This document shows, in pieces, positions 11,101-21,259 of a stretch of 64,000 bases of DNA. The notes under the pieces are model-generated. The model ran no database searches. It was not told where the DNA came from and was given only the letters and a program-made list of their open reading frames with translations. The position numbers and the translations under genes are program-made. Numbering within the stretch: the stretch's first letter is position 1; each line of letters starts with the position of its first letter. Source of the DNA: Caecitellus pseudoparvulus (Eukaryota; Protista; Bigyra: Bicosoecida); assembly GCA_965644315.1 (NCBI GenBank), contig CBFFRQ010000013.1, positions 744,001 through 808,000 on the forward strand, in the 5' to 3' direction.

Positions 11101-13809
11101 TCTGGGGGAGCTGCTCCTAGCCGCATCGTCATACGGATGAGGAAGAGCTCTAAGGACCTGTTCAAGTGCTTGGATCGCATGGCCGCCCTGTGCTTAGATG
11201 CCAATCGTGGGCTGCAGCGCCAACTTGCACTGCTGACTTCAAGGCTTGGTGGAAACCACGCAGTGCCAGGCATGGACATCGTGTTGCGTCAGTTGGATGC
11301 TTCCCCCACAGACACAGTGGCCTGTTGCGCAGCATACGTAAGCATCCACCTACCGCCACCTCACGAGAGCTTGCTGGACTCCCTTTCAAACGATTCCCTC
11401 CTTCTTCCAGAGCATGGTGAGGGCTGGCACCGCCTCTTCAGGGCCCACAAAGAAGGCCTTGCTCACCGCTTTGCATACCACGGAAGTTGGTGCCTCAGCT
11501 GGTCCAGTAGCTTCCCGCCACTGTCTTTGGAGAAGCGAGATGCGGCTGCTCTCATGCTTCATGCGTCAATGGGCCGGATGAAGCGACTGCTCGCTCGCTT
11601 GCCAGTGGTTACAAGTGTTGACGATGCACTGGCCAAGCTGCAGCTTGACTCTGAGGCGGTCCTCGGCTTTGAGTGGGAGCAGGGTGGCGTCCGGTCTGGC
11701 TTGCGTCCGAAGTCAGTGCTTGCCGGTGTTTGCTGGGCTCTCTCTGCGCGTGTATTGCAAAACGCGATACAGGCATTCCTTGAACCAGAAAGTCCTTGCG
11801 CTTGGTGCGGTGTGGTAAAGAAGGCCTATACTGCTGCAGGAAGGAAGCAAGTTGTTATGCAGCTGCTGGGAGTGGCTACTGCAACCTGTGCTGGACCCGG
11901 AGAGCACGTGCCCGTTCTTGGATACCTGCTCAGCCTGATGCAGGGCAGTGTTGAGGGAGAGCTATCTCTCTTGCTTTTATGTCTTTCCCTTTCATTGGCC
12001 ACACCGTGCCCTGTTGCGCCAGACAAAGTGCACTTTCTGCTTTCGCAGCTGCCAGGTCAGCCGTTCAAGCCTCATGGAGCAGGTGAAGCAACCCTCCGGA
12101 AAGCAGTGCGTATTGTTGTATCAGGCAACAAGTCACTGGATGCACAGTCTTTGAATGATGTCCTTCCTGTGGACACTCCACCGGGCGTGGCTGTTGGGGT
12201 TGTCTTGCTGCTTGCTCTCCATCGCGGCCGCCTGCAGCAGCTGCGTAGTGCAGCGGCAGCCGAATTGCCTGCAGGGCCTGGTTTAGGGACGACACCATCC
12301 ACCCCATTGCAAGGGGGTGAGCAACAGGCACTTCATGCGCCTCTTCTCCGAAGGACGAGCTTTGGTCGCCGCGTCCAGTTTGTAGTCTCGCCAGGTGCAG
12401 CTTCAGCGCCCGGCGGCGCCGTTGGTTCTGCTGGATCTGGCGCTGGAAGAGGGTTCAAGCAGGAGCTCCACACCTCCCCACCACATGTTGAAGGCGCAGC
12501 AGATTCCTCCACACCCACCCATGTAGAAGATCTACCACCTGCCCGAGTGTTGCAGCGTTCCGCGTCGTTGGTCAAGCGGCAAGCTGCTGCGTCGCTGTCG
12601 GAGTGGGTTGCCTCTGCTGCTGCACACGCTGCAGGAGTGGATGCAGACGCACCTGCTGCATCTGAAACTCTGGATCTTGATGAGCATCCAAGGTTGCACC
12701 GCTCGAAGTCGCTGGGAGGGCTGCGCAAGCACGCCCTCGCTGGGCCGATGCCTGCCTGGGGTGATGCAGGGCAGGACCAGGCGCCCCCGAGAGTCATCAC
12801 CGGGGCTGCCAGCACAGATTCAGATGGGGGCAGGAGTTCAGACTCGCGAGGTTCTGCGCCAGCAGCTATTCGAATGCCTAGCACACCCACTTCCACTGGC
12901 CCAAGCAGTGCTGCCCCGCCTTCTGGGTCGCGTCGCAGGAGCAGCCTGTCGTCCTCAGGACTGTCCCGCGAAGGCCTCCTCAAGGCTAGCAATCGCCTGG
13001 TCAACTCCATCCTGCAAGCCATTGGCCAAGAGCACGGTGCACGCGCAGCCCCCCGCCCCGGCGGGGGTGCCAAAGTCGCCTTGCCTGCTGCGGCGAAAGC
13101 GGTGGGGCCCAGCGTGAGAGAATGGGCCTCGCTGGGGGAAAGCCTGCGAAGGGGCCAGCCACAGCCGCAAGTGCCATTCGGAGATAAGGTGTTCGTGCTG
13201 CACCGTAGAGCGCCTGGCGCGTCGGGAGGCCGCTCATCATTCATGGGGGCGAGTGCTGAAGCTGAGTCGAGCCTTGGCTCAAATCGGGGCGCTGGACACA
13301 TCCGCACCCGCACGGGCCCCCACCTGGCGGATGTGGTGCAGGCTGCTTCCGAAGCCAGTCGGCTGCGCGTTGCCTTGGTGCTGCTCAGCCGTGGTGGTGA
13401 GGCGGGTGCAGGATCCAGTCGCGGTGTCCCGCTCGCGGCCGCTGCTCTTGGCAGCGACCCTGAAGTCCTTGCCCTGCGAGCGGCATCATCGCTGTTGTCA
13501 GACGTGGTGGGCGTGGCCCTCGCAGGGGAGCAAGGCCTCATAGTCAACTTGGTCACCACACCCCACGAAACCCTTACTGCCTCTGGTCTGATGGCGTGCA
13601 TTTGGGTTTGTAAACTGGCCAGTGTGCCGTTGCCGCCCGCCCTCGTGGGCCACTGGCTCTGGGAAGTCGCTAGGTTCAGTCGGCAGCGTCAAGTGCACTC
13701 CGTCGGCATCGATACGCTCAAATCCGTTCACGCTGTGTGTGTGGGGGGCGACGCTGAGCCCAGCTGGTCTGAACTTGCTTCCCATCCTCCTCTCGTATGG
13801 GATGCGTAG
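5108..13809 (+). CDS. MABP + DENN domain protein (DENND4-like Rab GEF); intron 5348-5424
   Basis: N-terminal EHFFVVG. MABP-like motifs PITDVAV|VFPSRGESVPYGYTLIEKTVGGLDADLNRGS and PLVDIAVVNASAGEVAPPGYTLL. cDENN core FSLLLQCL..LLLLEQRLLFH..LLWPFTWAFQTIACVP..LLESPVTTLLG..VVDLN. dDENN-like FAAELSATQMF. The 77-nt GTGCGT..CAG intron is in phase. Confidence 0.85.
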
Positions 13810-14090
13810 GGGACAACGCCGCACAGGCGGCCAAGCATAAAGAGCGTTGGCCCAAATACAAACCTATACCTCTGCCGCACGCAGACCTATCATGCTGCGC
13901 GTCCATCTTGTAGTGCGGGGGAGCAGAAGCCCGGGGCAGACGGTCCACTTGCCAGCTTTGTGATGGATGCCCTGCCCCCACTCAGCCTTGCTGCAGGCGC
14001 CCTCGTGCCAGTAATAAGAGCCCATCTTGAAGTGAAGGCGGGACAGAAGGGGCCCAATATTGGCATTGCATCTGAAGCAAGTGGTGGTGT

Positions 14091-17000
14091 GTGATTCTTC
14101 GCGCATGTCTCCGTGCATCCCCCTTCGTGTGGTCGGTCACGGGAGTTTCGTCACGAAACGCAGGCACGCCACAATGCTTTGAGGCATTGTTGACGCGGGT
14201 CCTTCATGTGGGAGTCGCGCATTTCCTGGATACCCCATCAGCGCTAGCTGTGTGTGAAGCCAGCAAGGGCCTGCTGTCTGCCATGGCCGCCACTTTCGAC
14301 GGGGTGTTGCCCGTCCACATGCTCCACTTGTGTCGCGTGGAGCGCCGCGTGACCTTGCCGTACTCGTGGATGCCCGTTGTTGCGGAGGGCCTCACCTCAG
14401 GCACCTCAAGCGGCCCCTGTATTCCCAGCACAGCTGGCTACTGCTTCCCTGACCACAGACTCACAGTGGTGCCTGTCCTGGACCAGGAGTTTGCAGTGCC
14501 CATGCGCGAAGCGACACCCCAAGCGTTCTTACAAGCCATCCCACGAGGGGGGGCGAATATGCGCAGCGTATGGTGCTCTGCTGAGACCGTCCGCAGCCGA
14601 GCAGGCCGTCTCTTTCAGAGGTGGACGGGGCACGTTGGTTTCCAAGGTGTCTTGCAGCTCTGGAACTTGTTCAGCGCACGTGGCAGCGGAGACACTTTGT
14701 TGCCGCCAGGCCTGGCAGAGGCTGTCGTATCCTGCATCCCCCTTGCCTGGCGCGCAAGTCTGTATGGATTGGAGCTCCGTGGCAAAGCCTCGCCTGCCCT
14801 GCTTAGAGCGCTGGGCAGTTGGCTGGAGGCGCCCGGCCCGCCAGTTGCGTTGAAGTCGCTGACCCTGCCTGCCATTGGTGCCTGCTCGCCACTCCACGGC
14901 CCGCAGCTGCAAGTGGACCCCACTCCAGAAAACAGGCAGTTCATAGCTCTGGGAAAAGACTACAATGTTTACCGCGAGGGTGGGTCTGGACGTGCTGTGC
15001 CTTCCGACTGGGCTTCGCCTGAAGCGCGTGATGTGGGCGACAGCACGTGGAGGGTGTTGTCCGCAACGGCACCCTCGCTGCGCAGCCTTCGTTGCAGCCA
15101 TGCATGGGACCTGGGGCACACGTTTGCCACGCGTGCGCTGCTAGGCAGCCGCCTGTTGGCCCCGCTTGGACCCGACTGCTCCTCGCCCGCACCTCCATCA
15201 CTGGCCAGTCTGCAGCTCAGCAGTGGCGCCTTGCGCTGTCTGCCCTCCACCACCCTGCTGCTCCCAGACGTCTTGACTTCGTTGGCACACCGTGGGAACT
15301 TGGTAGCCTTGGATCTCGGGTGGCCAAGCAGGTCTGTGTCACGGAGCCCCGCGGCCGCCATGGCAATCGGAAACGCACTGTCTGAGCTGCTTGGCTTGCG
15401 CACCTTGCTGCTGTCAAGCTGGAGATTTGATAGCTTTGAACAACCCCAGGGGCCCATGGACGTGCAAGCTGCCTTTGCAGCAGGGGAGGGTGAAGATGCC
15501 GCGGATTTCGAGGCTCTGGCGGCAGCTGCTCAAGTGTCGCTCATGGACGGTCTCCGGACGGTCGCGCCCAGCTTGCGAAAACTCAGCATCGGCGGCGCCC
15601 CCCACTCCCCGGATGTTTTGGGGGGAGTGTTTAGTGCCTTGCGTGGGGCAGATTTCCTGCACACCCTGGATTTGTTCTCAACTGGCCTCACGCCAGCGGC
15701 GACCGAGCACTTGTCGTCCCTGCTGCCGGCACTCCCCAACCTGCGGTGGCTGTCACTGGGGGGCAACCCGAACCTTGGAGATGAAGGCATGCGAAACATC
15801 GTTAATTGTTTACCCTCTCTGCACTCTCTGCGCTGTCTGGTACTGACACGAACTGGCTTGTCACCTACGAGCGCGGCACTCCTCGCTGACACCCTGAGGT
15901 CCACACCCTTCCCGCTACTACCTCTGACTTCCCTGCAAGTTGGGCAGAATCCAGAAGCCGGTGATGCAGCTGGCGAAGCGGCCCTCACAATGTTCGTGCG
16001 GGCCTTGCACTTTCGCTGGGCACTTCGTGGTGGGCACCTCCCTCCACTACCCGCTTGGCAAAGGACCCGAGTTGACCTGCGGCAGTGGGCGGCAGAGGCG
16101 TTTGAGAGCGTGGAGGGCTACTCTGTTGCAGGGCAGGGGGTCCCAGTTCCAAGTGCAGCTGGCGGGTGGCCTGCATGCGAGGATGCTGCTATGGCTCGCT
16201 TGCTCCGCTCCCTGGGCGTAGACCAGACCCCCTCTGCTGGTGCCACATCTCAGCAAGCGGCCTCACTACCACCATCGTCCGGATCCTGGCGCCAGGTTCG
16301 AATTGAGGCGTCTGGGCAAGCCACTGTAGCTGCGGCGACAGTGCTGCGTGGAATGCCACCACTGCCACCATTGTGCCTGGACTTCGCAGGTGGCGCATGG
16401 GAATGCCCGCCGCCCCCCTCTGGATCCTTCTTACTGCAGGGAATTTCCTTATCTGAGACCTACATGAAGCGCTGTGCGGCAGTTTTGTCCATGGCGGTTG
16501 CAGGCAAGTGCGCCGAACCCCTCGCCCCAGGTGACCCGCTGCACCCCTCCGCGTGGGACCCAGCTTGGGACGGGCTCTGCGTGACCACAGGGCAGCTAGA
16601 CACGTGTATTCAGTTTGAAGGCATCCATGCAGGGCATTTACATCCCTTGCTGGGGGTGCTGCCTTCTACGCGTGCCTCCTGTGCTCGCCTGCTCATGTGC
16701 AGTTTGTCAGCGTGCAACTTGGTCGCGGAGGACGCGCTATTGATTGGTCGAAGCATAGAAGGTGCCCCGGGCACTTGGTCTGCTCTGAACTTACTAGATC
16801 TCTCGAAGAACCCAGACCTAGGTGATCGTGGTGCGATTGCAGTGCTGTCAAGCTTGAACCGCTTCGCGAAGCCGCGCTCCTTGTGGGGCTTGCGCCTGCA
16901 CGGCTGTGGACTCACCGTTGCAGCAGCTGCACACCTTGCCACAGCACTGCTCACCTGCTCACCCAGCTGCATGTCATGGGGACGCCTCGGTTGCGTGGAT

Positions 17001-17264
17001 GAGGACGCCCTCTTTTCTGACATCGCGATTAGCGTGCTGGCCACAAGCCGGGCGGAGCCAGGTGCAGCGAGTGCACCTGGTCAGGCGAATGTGGAGGCTG
17101 GCGCAGAGGACTGCATGATGCTTCTCGGTCAGCCCGCCACAAAAGTGTTTCACCAAGCCTCCCACGTTGTTACAGCCGCATCTTATCCGGACTTGGTGCA
17201 GCGTCGGCTCGAAGACCTGGCAGCTGTAGCGGGGGTGCTCATCATGCCCACCTCGCACGGCTGA
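14091..17264 (+). CDS. RNI-like leucine-rich repeat protein (true start probably in an upstream exon near 13963)
   Basis: LxxLxLxxN repeats: LHTLDLFSTGL, LRWLSLGGNPNLGDEG, LRCLVLTRTGL, LNLLDLSKNPDLGDRGA, LRLHGCGLT. Confidence 0.75.
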   Translation: MILRACLRASPFVWSVTGVSSRNAGTPQCFEALLTRVLHVGVAHFLDTPSALAVCEASKGLLSAMAATFDGVLPVHMLHLCRVERRVTLPYSWMPVVAEGLTSGTSSGPCIPSTAGYCFPDHRLTVVPVLDQEFAVPMREATPQAFLQAIPRGGANMRSVWCSAETVRSRAGRLFQRWTGHVGFQGVLQLWNLFSARGSGDTLLPPGLAEAVVSCIPLAWRASLYGLELRGKASPALLRALGSWLEAPGPPVALKSLTLPAIGACSPLHGPQLQVDPTPENRQFIALGKDYNVYREGGSGRAVPSDWASPEARDVGDSTWRVLSATAPSLRSLRCSHAWDLGHTFATRALLGSRLLAPLGPDCSSPAPPSLASLQLSSGALRCLPSTTLLLPDVLTSLAHRGNLVALDLGWPSRSVSRSPAAAMAIGNALSELLGLRTLLLSSWRFDSFEQPQGPMDVQAAFAAGEGEDAADFEALAAAAQVSLMDGLRTVAPSLRKLSIGGAPHSPDVLGGVFSALRGADFLHTLDLFSTGLTPAATEHLSSLLPALPNLRWLSLGGNPNLGDEGMRNIVNCLPSLHSLRCLVLTRTGLSPTSAALLADTLRSTPFPLLPLTSLQVGQNPEAGDAAGEAALTMFVRALHFRWALRGGHLPPLPAWQRTRVDLRQWAAEAFESVEGYSVAGQGVPVPSAAGGWPACEDAAMARLLRSLGVDQTPSAGATSQQAASLPPSSGSWRQVRIEASGQATVAAATVLRGMPPLPPLCLDFAGGAWECPPPPSGSFLLQGISLSETYMKRCAAVLSMAVAGKCAEPLAPGDPLHPSAWDPAWDGLCVTTGQLDTCIQFEGIHAGHLHPLLGVLPSTRASCARLLMCSLSACNLVAEDALLIGRSIEGAPGTWSALNLLDLSKNPDLGDRGAIAVLSSLNRFAKPRSLWGLRLHGCGLTVAAAAHLATALLTCSPSCMSWGRLGCVDEDALFSDIAISVLATSRAEPGAASAPGQANVEAGAEDCMMLLGQPATKVFHQASHVVTAASYPDLVQRRLEDLAAVAGVLIMPTSHG

Positions 17265-17410
17265 CACTGCACCTGCCGTTCCGCAGACACAAAAACCACA
17301 CTGCCCTTAATCCCTCGCTTGTGTGGGAAGATCGACAGCGGCTTCTCTGGCCTGCGTTCGCAAGGCTCTCCAAGCATTCCATTCCGCGGACACAGCCAGG
17401 CTCCGTCACC

Positions 17411-18923
17411 ATGGCGTCAGGCACAAGCATCGGCATGATGGACCCGGCTTACTTTGTCGGGCGCCGGCAAATCCTTGAGTGGTTGAACTCGACCTTCAAG
17501 ATGTCTCTCAGCAAGATCGAGCAGACCGCCAACGGTGCGTGGCAGACTCAGCGTGCCTTTCGGGACGGAAGTGCCGTTAGCACGGACACCCAGCCAACAA
17601 GCAGACTGGGCTGCTTCGCCCGCGCCGAGAAGTACATGCACCCATTTTGTTGCCCCCTCATGCAGGTGCTGTGTCTTGCCAGATCATGGACATGGTGTAC
17701 CCGGGTGCGTCTCCATCAGTCCGCCTGTCTGTGCAGACGCCGCCGCCGCACGCATGCCGCCGCCGACGGCCTTGTGCAGGTACTGTGCCCATGTCAAAGG
17801 TGCGGTGGGACGCCAAGTCAGAGGACCAGTTCATCCATAACTACAAGATCCTCCAGCGGGTGTTTGAGAAGCGTGGCATCGACAAGGTGCGATGAGCTTG
17901 GCAAGCCAACGCGTGTCGTTTCGGACTGGCGTTTCAGCGCCTCACGTCGTTGCTGGTTGCTCATCACAGCACATTGACGTGACCAAGTTGATTCGCGCCA
18001 AGTACCAAGACAACCTGGAGTTCATGCAGTGGATGAAGAACTTCTTCGACCACAACTGCTCCACGACAGAGTATGACGCATTGGAGAGGCGCGCGAAAGG
18101 GCGAGGTGAGGAGTGACTGGACCTGGCAGTTGCCAACTTGCAGGCTCGAAGGCGAGGTCAGCGCACCCAGGTGCCATGCTGACACCGTTCAAAACCCCTG
18201 CCACATTTATCGCGTGCTGGTGACCACTTCTTGTGCCTGGCTGCTCTCCCAGCCCGCCGCTCGTTCACATTCACGAACATGCCCTTGCACAGGTGGTGAT
18301 AGCAACCCCCTCTTTCTGCCATCGGCCGACGGCGGCAAGTCAGCTGCTCGCACGGGCCAGCTCACCCGACGTAGCGCTCCGAGCGGTGTCATTCGGGAGA
18401 GGCCAGCACGAGCGCAAGGCGGCGGCAGCGCCCCCACCAGCAGTGGGGCATCCGCTTCGGGCGCCAGCAGGCGGTCAGCCGGGGGCGCTTCTCAGGCAGC
18501 GCCACGAGGTGCTGGCGGCGGCGCAGCAGCCCGCAAGGTGGCTGAGCTGAACGCGCAAGTGTCAGAGTTGAAGCTGGCGGTGGAGGGTCTGGAGCGCGAG
18601 CGTGACTTCTACTTCGGCAAGCTGCGGGACGTGGAGATTCTGCTGCAGACTTTCACTGGCGGGGAGAAGGACTTGGTGGACAAGATGTTCAAGATCCTGT
18701 ATGCAACTGAGGAAGACTTTGTGACCGTCGATGTGTGTGCTGCGCCGGTCCGTGCCGCAAACAGCCCCTGTGACTCTGCTCCGCCCCAACACAGGAGGAC
18801 GGCAACGAATTGCCTCCAGAGGAAGTGGCAGCCCAGGCAACAGCACAAGTCATTGCCCAAAGGAGCCCTGAGGGTCCGAGGACTGCGCCCTCTGAGCCCC
18901 TTGATGATGGTGATGAGGAGTGA
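17411..18923 (+). CDS. EB1: Microtubule plus-end binding protein EB1 (RP/EB family), about 6 exons
   Basis: CH domain pieces GMMDPAYFVGRRQILEWLN, GAVSCQIMDMVYPG, KVRWDAKSEDQFIHNYKILQRVF, IDVTKLIRAKYQDNLEFMQW. EBH domain LERERDFYFGKLRDVEILLQ..KILYATEEDF. Acidic tail ending TGA at 18921-18923. Canonical GT-AG introns separate the pieces. Confidence 0.95.
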
Positions 18924-19119
18924 CCCGTGTTTGGCGTGTTCGCAATGCAACTGTTTTTCCCGTCTCGGTGCATCATTCACGGAACGAAAGATACGGCACC
19001 ACGAATCGAGACATGCCGCCAGTTGGCCACGGTACTTTCCCGAGCAAGCCAACACACACTCTCACATGTCCTGTATTGGATACATTGTTGTGGACCACTC
19101 CATCAACACAGCATCCACC

Positions 19120-19943
19120 ATGGCGGTACGTTTTTTGCCCAGTTTGTGCAGCCTGTGGCGTTTTCTGCTTGAGTAGCGTCGGCAGTCCGTGTGTCAGGGG
19201 CCGCCACGGGCTCTACCCAGTGCAGCAGGGGCAAAGGCAGGGGCTTTTGTTGCGTGCTGGTCGCGGGACTGCCTGGAAGGGTGGGGTCCGGGACTGATTT
19301 GTGCTGCAGCTGGAGGGAGTGCGGAATTGGAAGTGCCTCTCACGCTCTCCATGCCTCTGCTCTGCCGGTAGACCTGACCGTCGCTGCAGCAGGCCCATAA
19401 CTTTTGCCTGCTCGGCATTCCTGTGCCGTAGCTGCTCGTGCTGGCACAGTTCTGCTCGTCTCTGTGCCCACCCTGCCGGCCACTCTCACTGGCTCTTCCC
19501 TCACGCACCCACCGCAGGCCATGATCGCGAGCGCCCACTTCACGCTCATGTTGCGTGTGCTGAACACCAACTTGAACGGCAAGGAGACCGTCCGGTACGC
19601 CCTGACTGCTATCACTGGTGTCGGCCGTCGACTGGCGGGCCTGATGTGCAAGAAGGCTGGCGTCGACGCAACCATGCGCGCCGGTGAGCTGGACGAGGAG
19701 TCCATCGAGAAGCTCGTGGCCGTCCTGCAGAACCCCCTGCAGTGCCAGGTGCCTGAGTGGTTCCTCAACCGTCGCAAGGACTGGAAGGACGGCACCACCA
19801 GCCAGGTGTACAGCAACTCTCTGTCCACCAAGCTGCGTGAGGATCTGGAGGCCCTGAAGAAGATGCGCGCCCACCGTGGTCTGCGCCACTACTGGGGCCT
19901 CAAGGTCCGTGGACAGCACACTTGCTCCACCGGCCGCGGGTAA
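19120..19943 (+). CDS. RPS18: 40S ribosomal protein S18 (uS13); exon 1 19120-19125 (MA), intron 19126-19517
   Basis: [72 protein letters not shown]; strong codon bias. Confidence 0.95.
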
Positions 19944-20080
19944 TTGCGAGGCTAGCTGTTGTGAGGGGGATCCCTTGTCGGGTGGAGGCGGGTGGTTGGC
20001 CAGTTCTCTTCCCTGCGATCCTGCGCGCTTGCAGCTCAGGGCAGCAGGTGCATGAAACTCCGTCAATGCATTCGCCAAAA

Positions 20081-21006
20081 TTAGGAGCTAGCCGAGTTCA
20101 CCGCTTCACGCAGCGCGGCAATGGTTGCAGGGGGGCTCTCCGCTTTGAACACAGCTGTGCCAGCAACGATGACGTTCGCGCCGGCCTTCGCGGCAGCGCC
20201 AATGGTCGCTTCACTCAGGCCGCCATCCACTTGGATGTTCAGTGAGGGGGCTGCCGCACGGATGGCTTCCACCTTTGGCATCATGTCCTGCATGAACTTC
20301 TGCCCGCCAAAGCCTGGCTCCACTGTCATGATGAGCACCATGTCCAAGGATGGCAGCAGCGGCAAGACGGCGTCAACGCTCGTGCCCGGCTTCAGCGCCA
20401 CGCCCACCTTCATGCCAGCACTCTTCACCTTCTCAATGGCGCTGGCCGCGTCATCTGTGGTGGGTGCACCGGAATGCAGGCCCGCTTGAACGTGCAGCGT
20501 GGGTCGGGCACAGTCTCTCACCTACTGCCTCCACGTGAAACGTGAATCCAGACGCCCCTGCTTTGGCAAAGTCATCCACCCACTTCATTGGCTCGGATAC
20601 CATCAGATGGCAGTCCAGGTACGCATCAGTGTGCGCACGGAGGGCCTTGACGATGGGTGCTCCCAGCGTGAGATTCGGCACGAAGTGCCTGCGAAGAGAC
20701 GGGAGCAGGCTGTTCAGGAGCCCGCATGCAATGCCTTAGCAAACACGCCAGGCGACAATGTAACCCTGTCAGAGCTGCCAGGAAAAGACGCACCCGTCCT
20801 GGAAAAGGGCGCCAAGTAGGAGGGTGTGTGCAAGCGCGGTGTTTTGCCTCGCGGCACAAGTTCCGCACCATGACATCCATGTGGAGCCAGTCAGCTCCGG
20901 CCTCCTCCATGCGCTTCGCCTCGCTGGCTAGGTTTGCAAAGTCGCACGACAGCATGGAGGGGGCGATGATTGCCTTCACAGGCGCGGCGGTCGTTGAGCT
21001 GGCCAT
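20081..21006 (-). CDS. RPE: Ribulose-phosphate 3-epimerase; 4 exons including a 5-nt microexon at 20794-20798
   Basis: [22 protein letters not shown]|DG|[51 protein letters not shown]. Confidence 0.95.
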
Positions 21007-21259
21007 GCTGCGGCTCGCGGTTCGGGTCAAGAGGCAGGAGGCGTGCGAGGCCACGTGAGCTAGAGCCATGAAGCAGCAAGAGGGGCGGGGGCAGTGGCCT
21101 TGGAGGAGCGTGCGAGGGCGGCGTGTCATGTAGGTTTGATCAGGCGTCTTGCATTGTCCATACACTCCGCCGAGACAGGTGCCCCCCCCTTCCCATCCCA
21201 AGCGTCGGGCAGCTCCTGCCTCCAGACAACCAAGCCCCGCCAGCCCGTGTCCCTGCTGC

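Noticed and set aside
12333-13601. 422-aa antisense ORF
   Set aside because: Shadow of the low-complexity C-terminus of the DENN protein.
19194-20078. 294-aa minus-strand ORF across RPS18
   Set aside because: Antisense of a strongly codon-biased gene; no independent coding signal.
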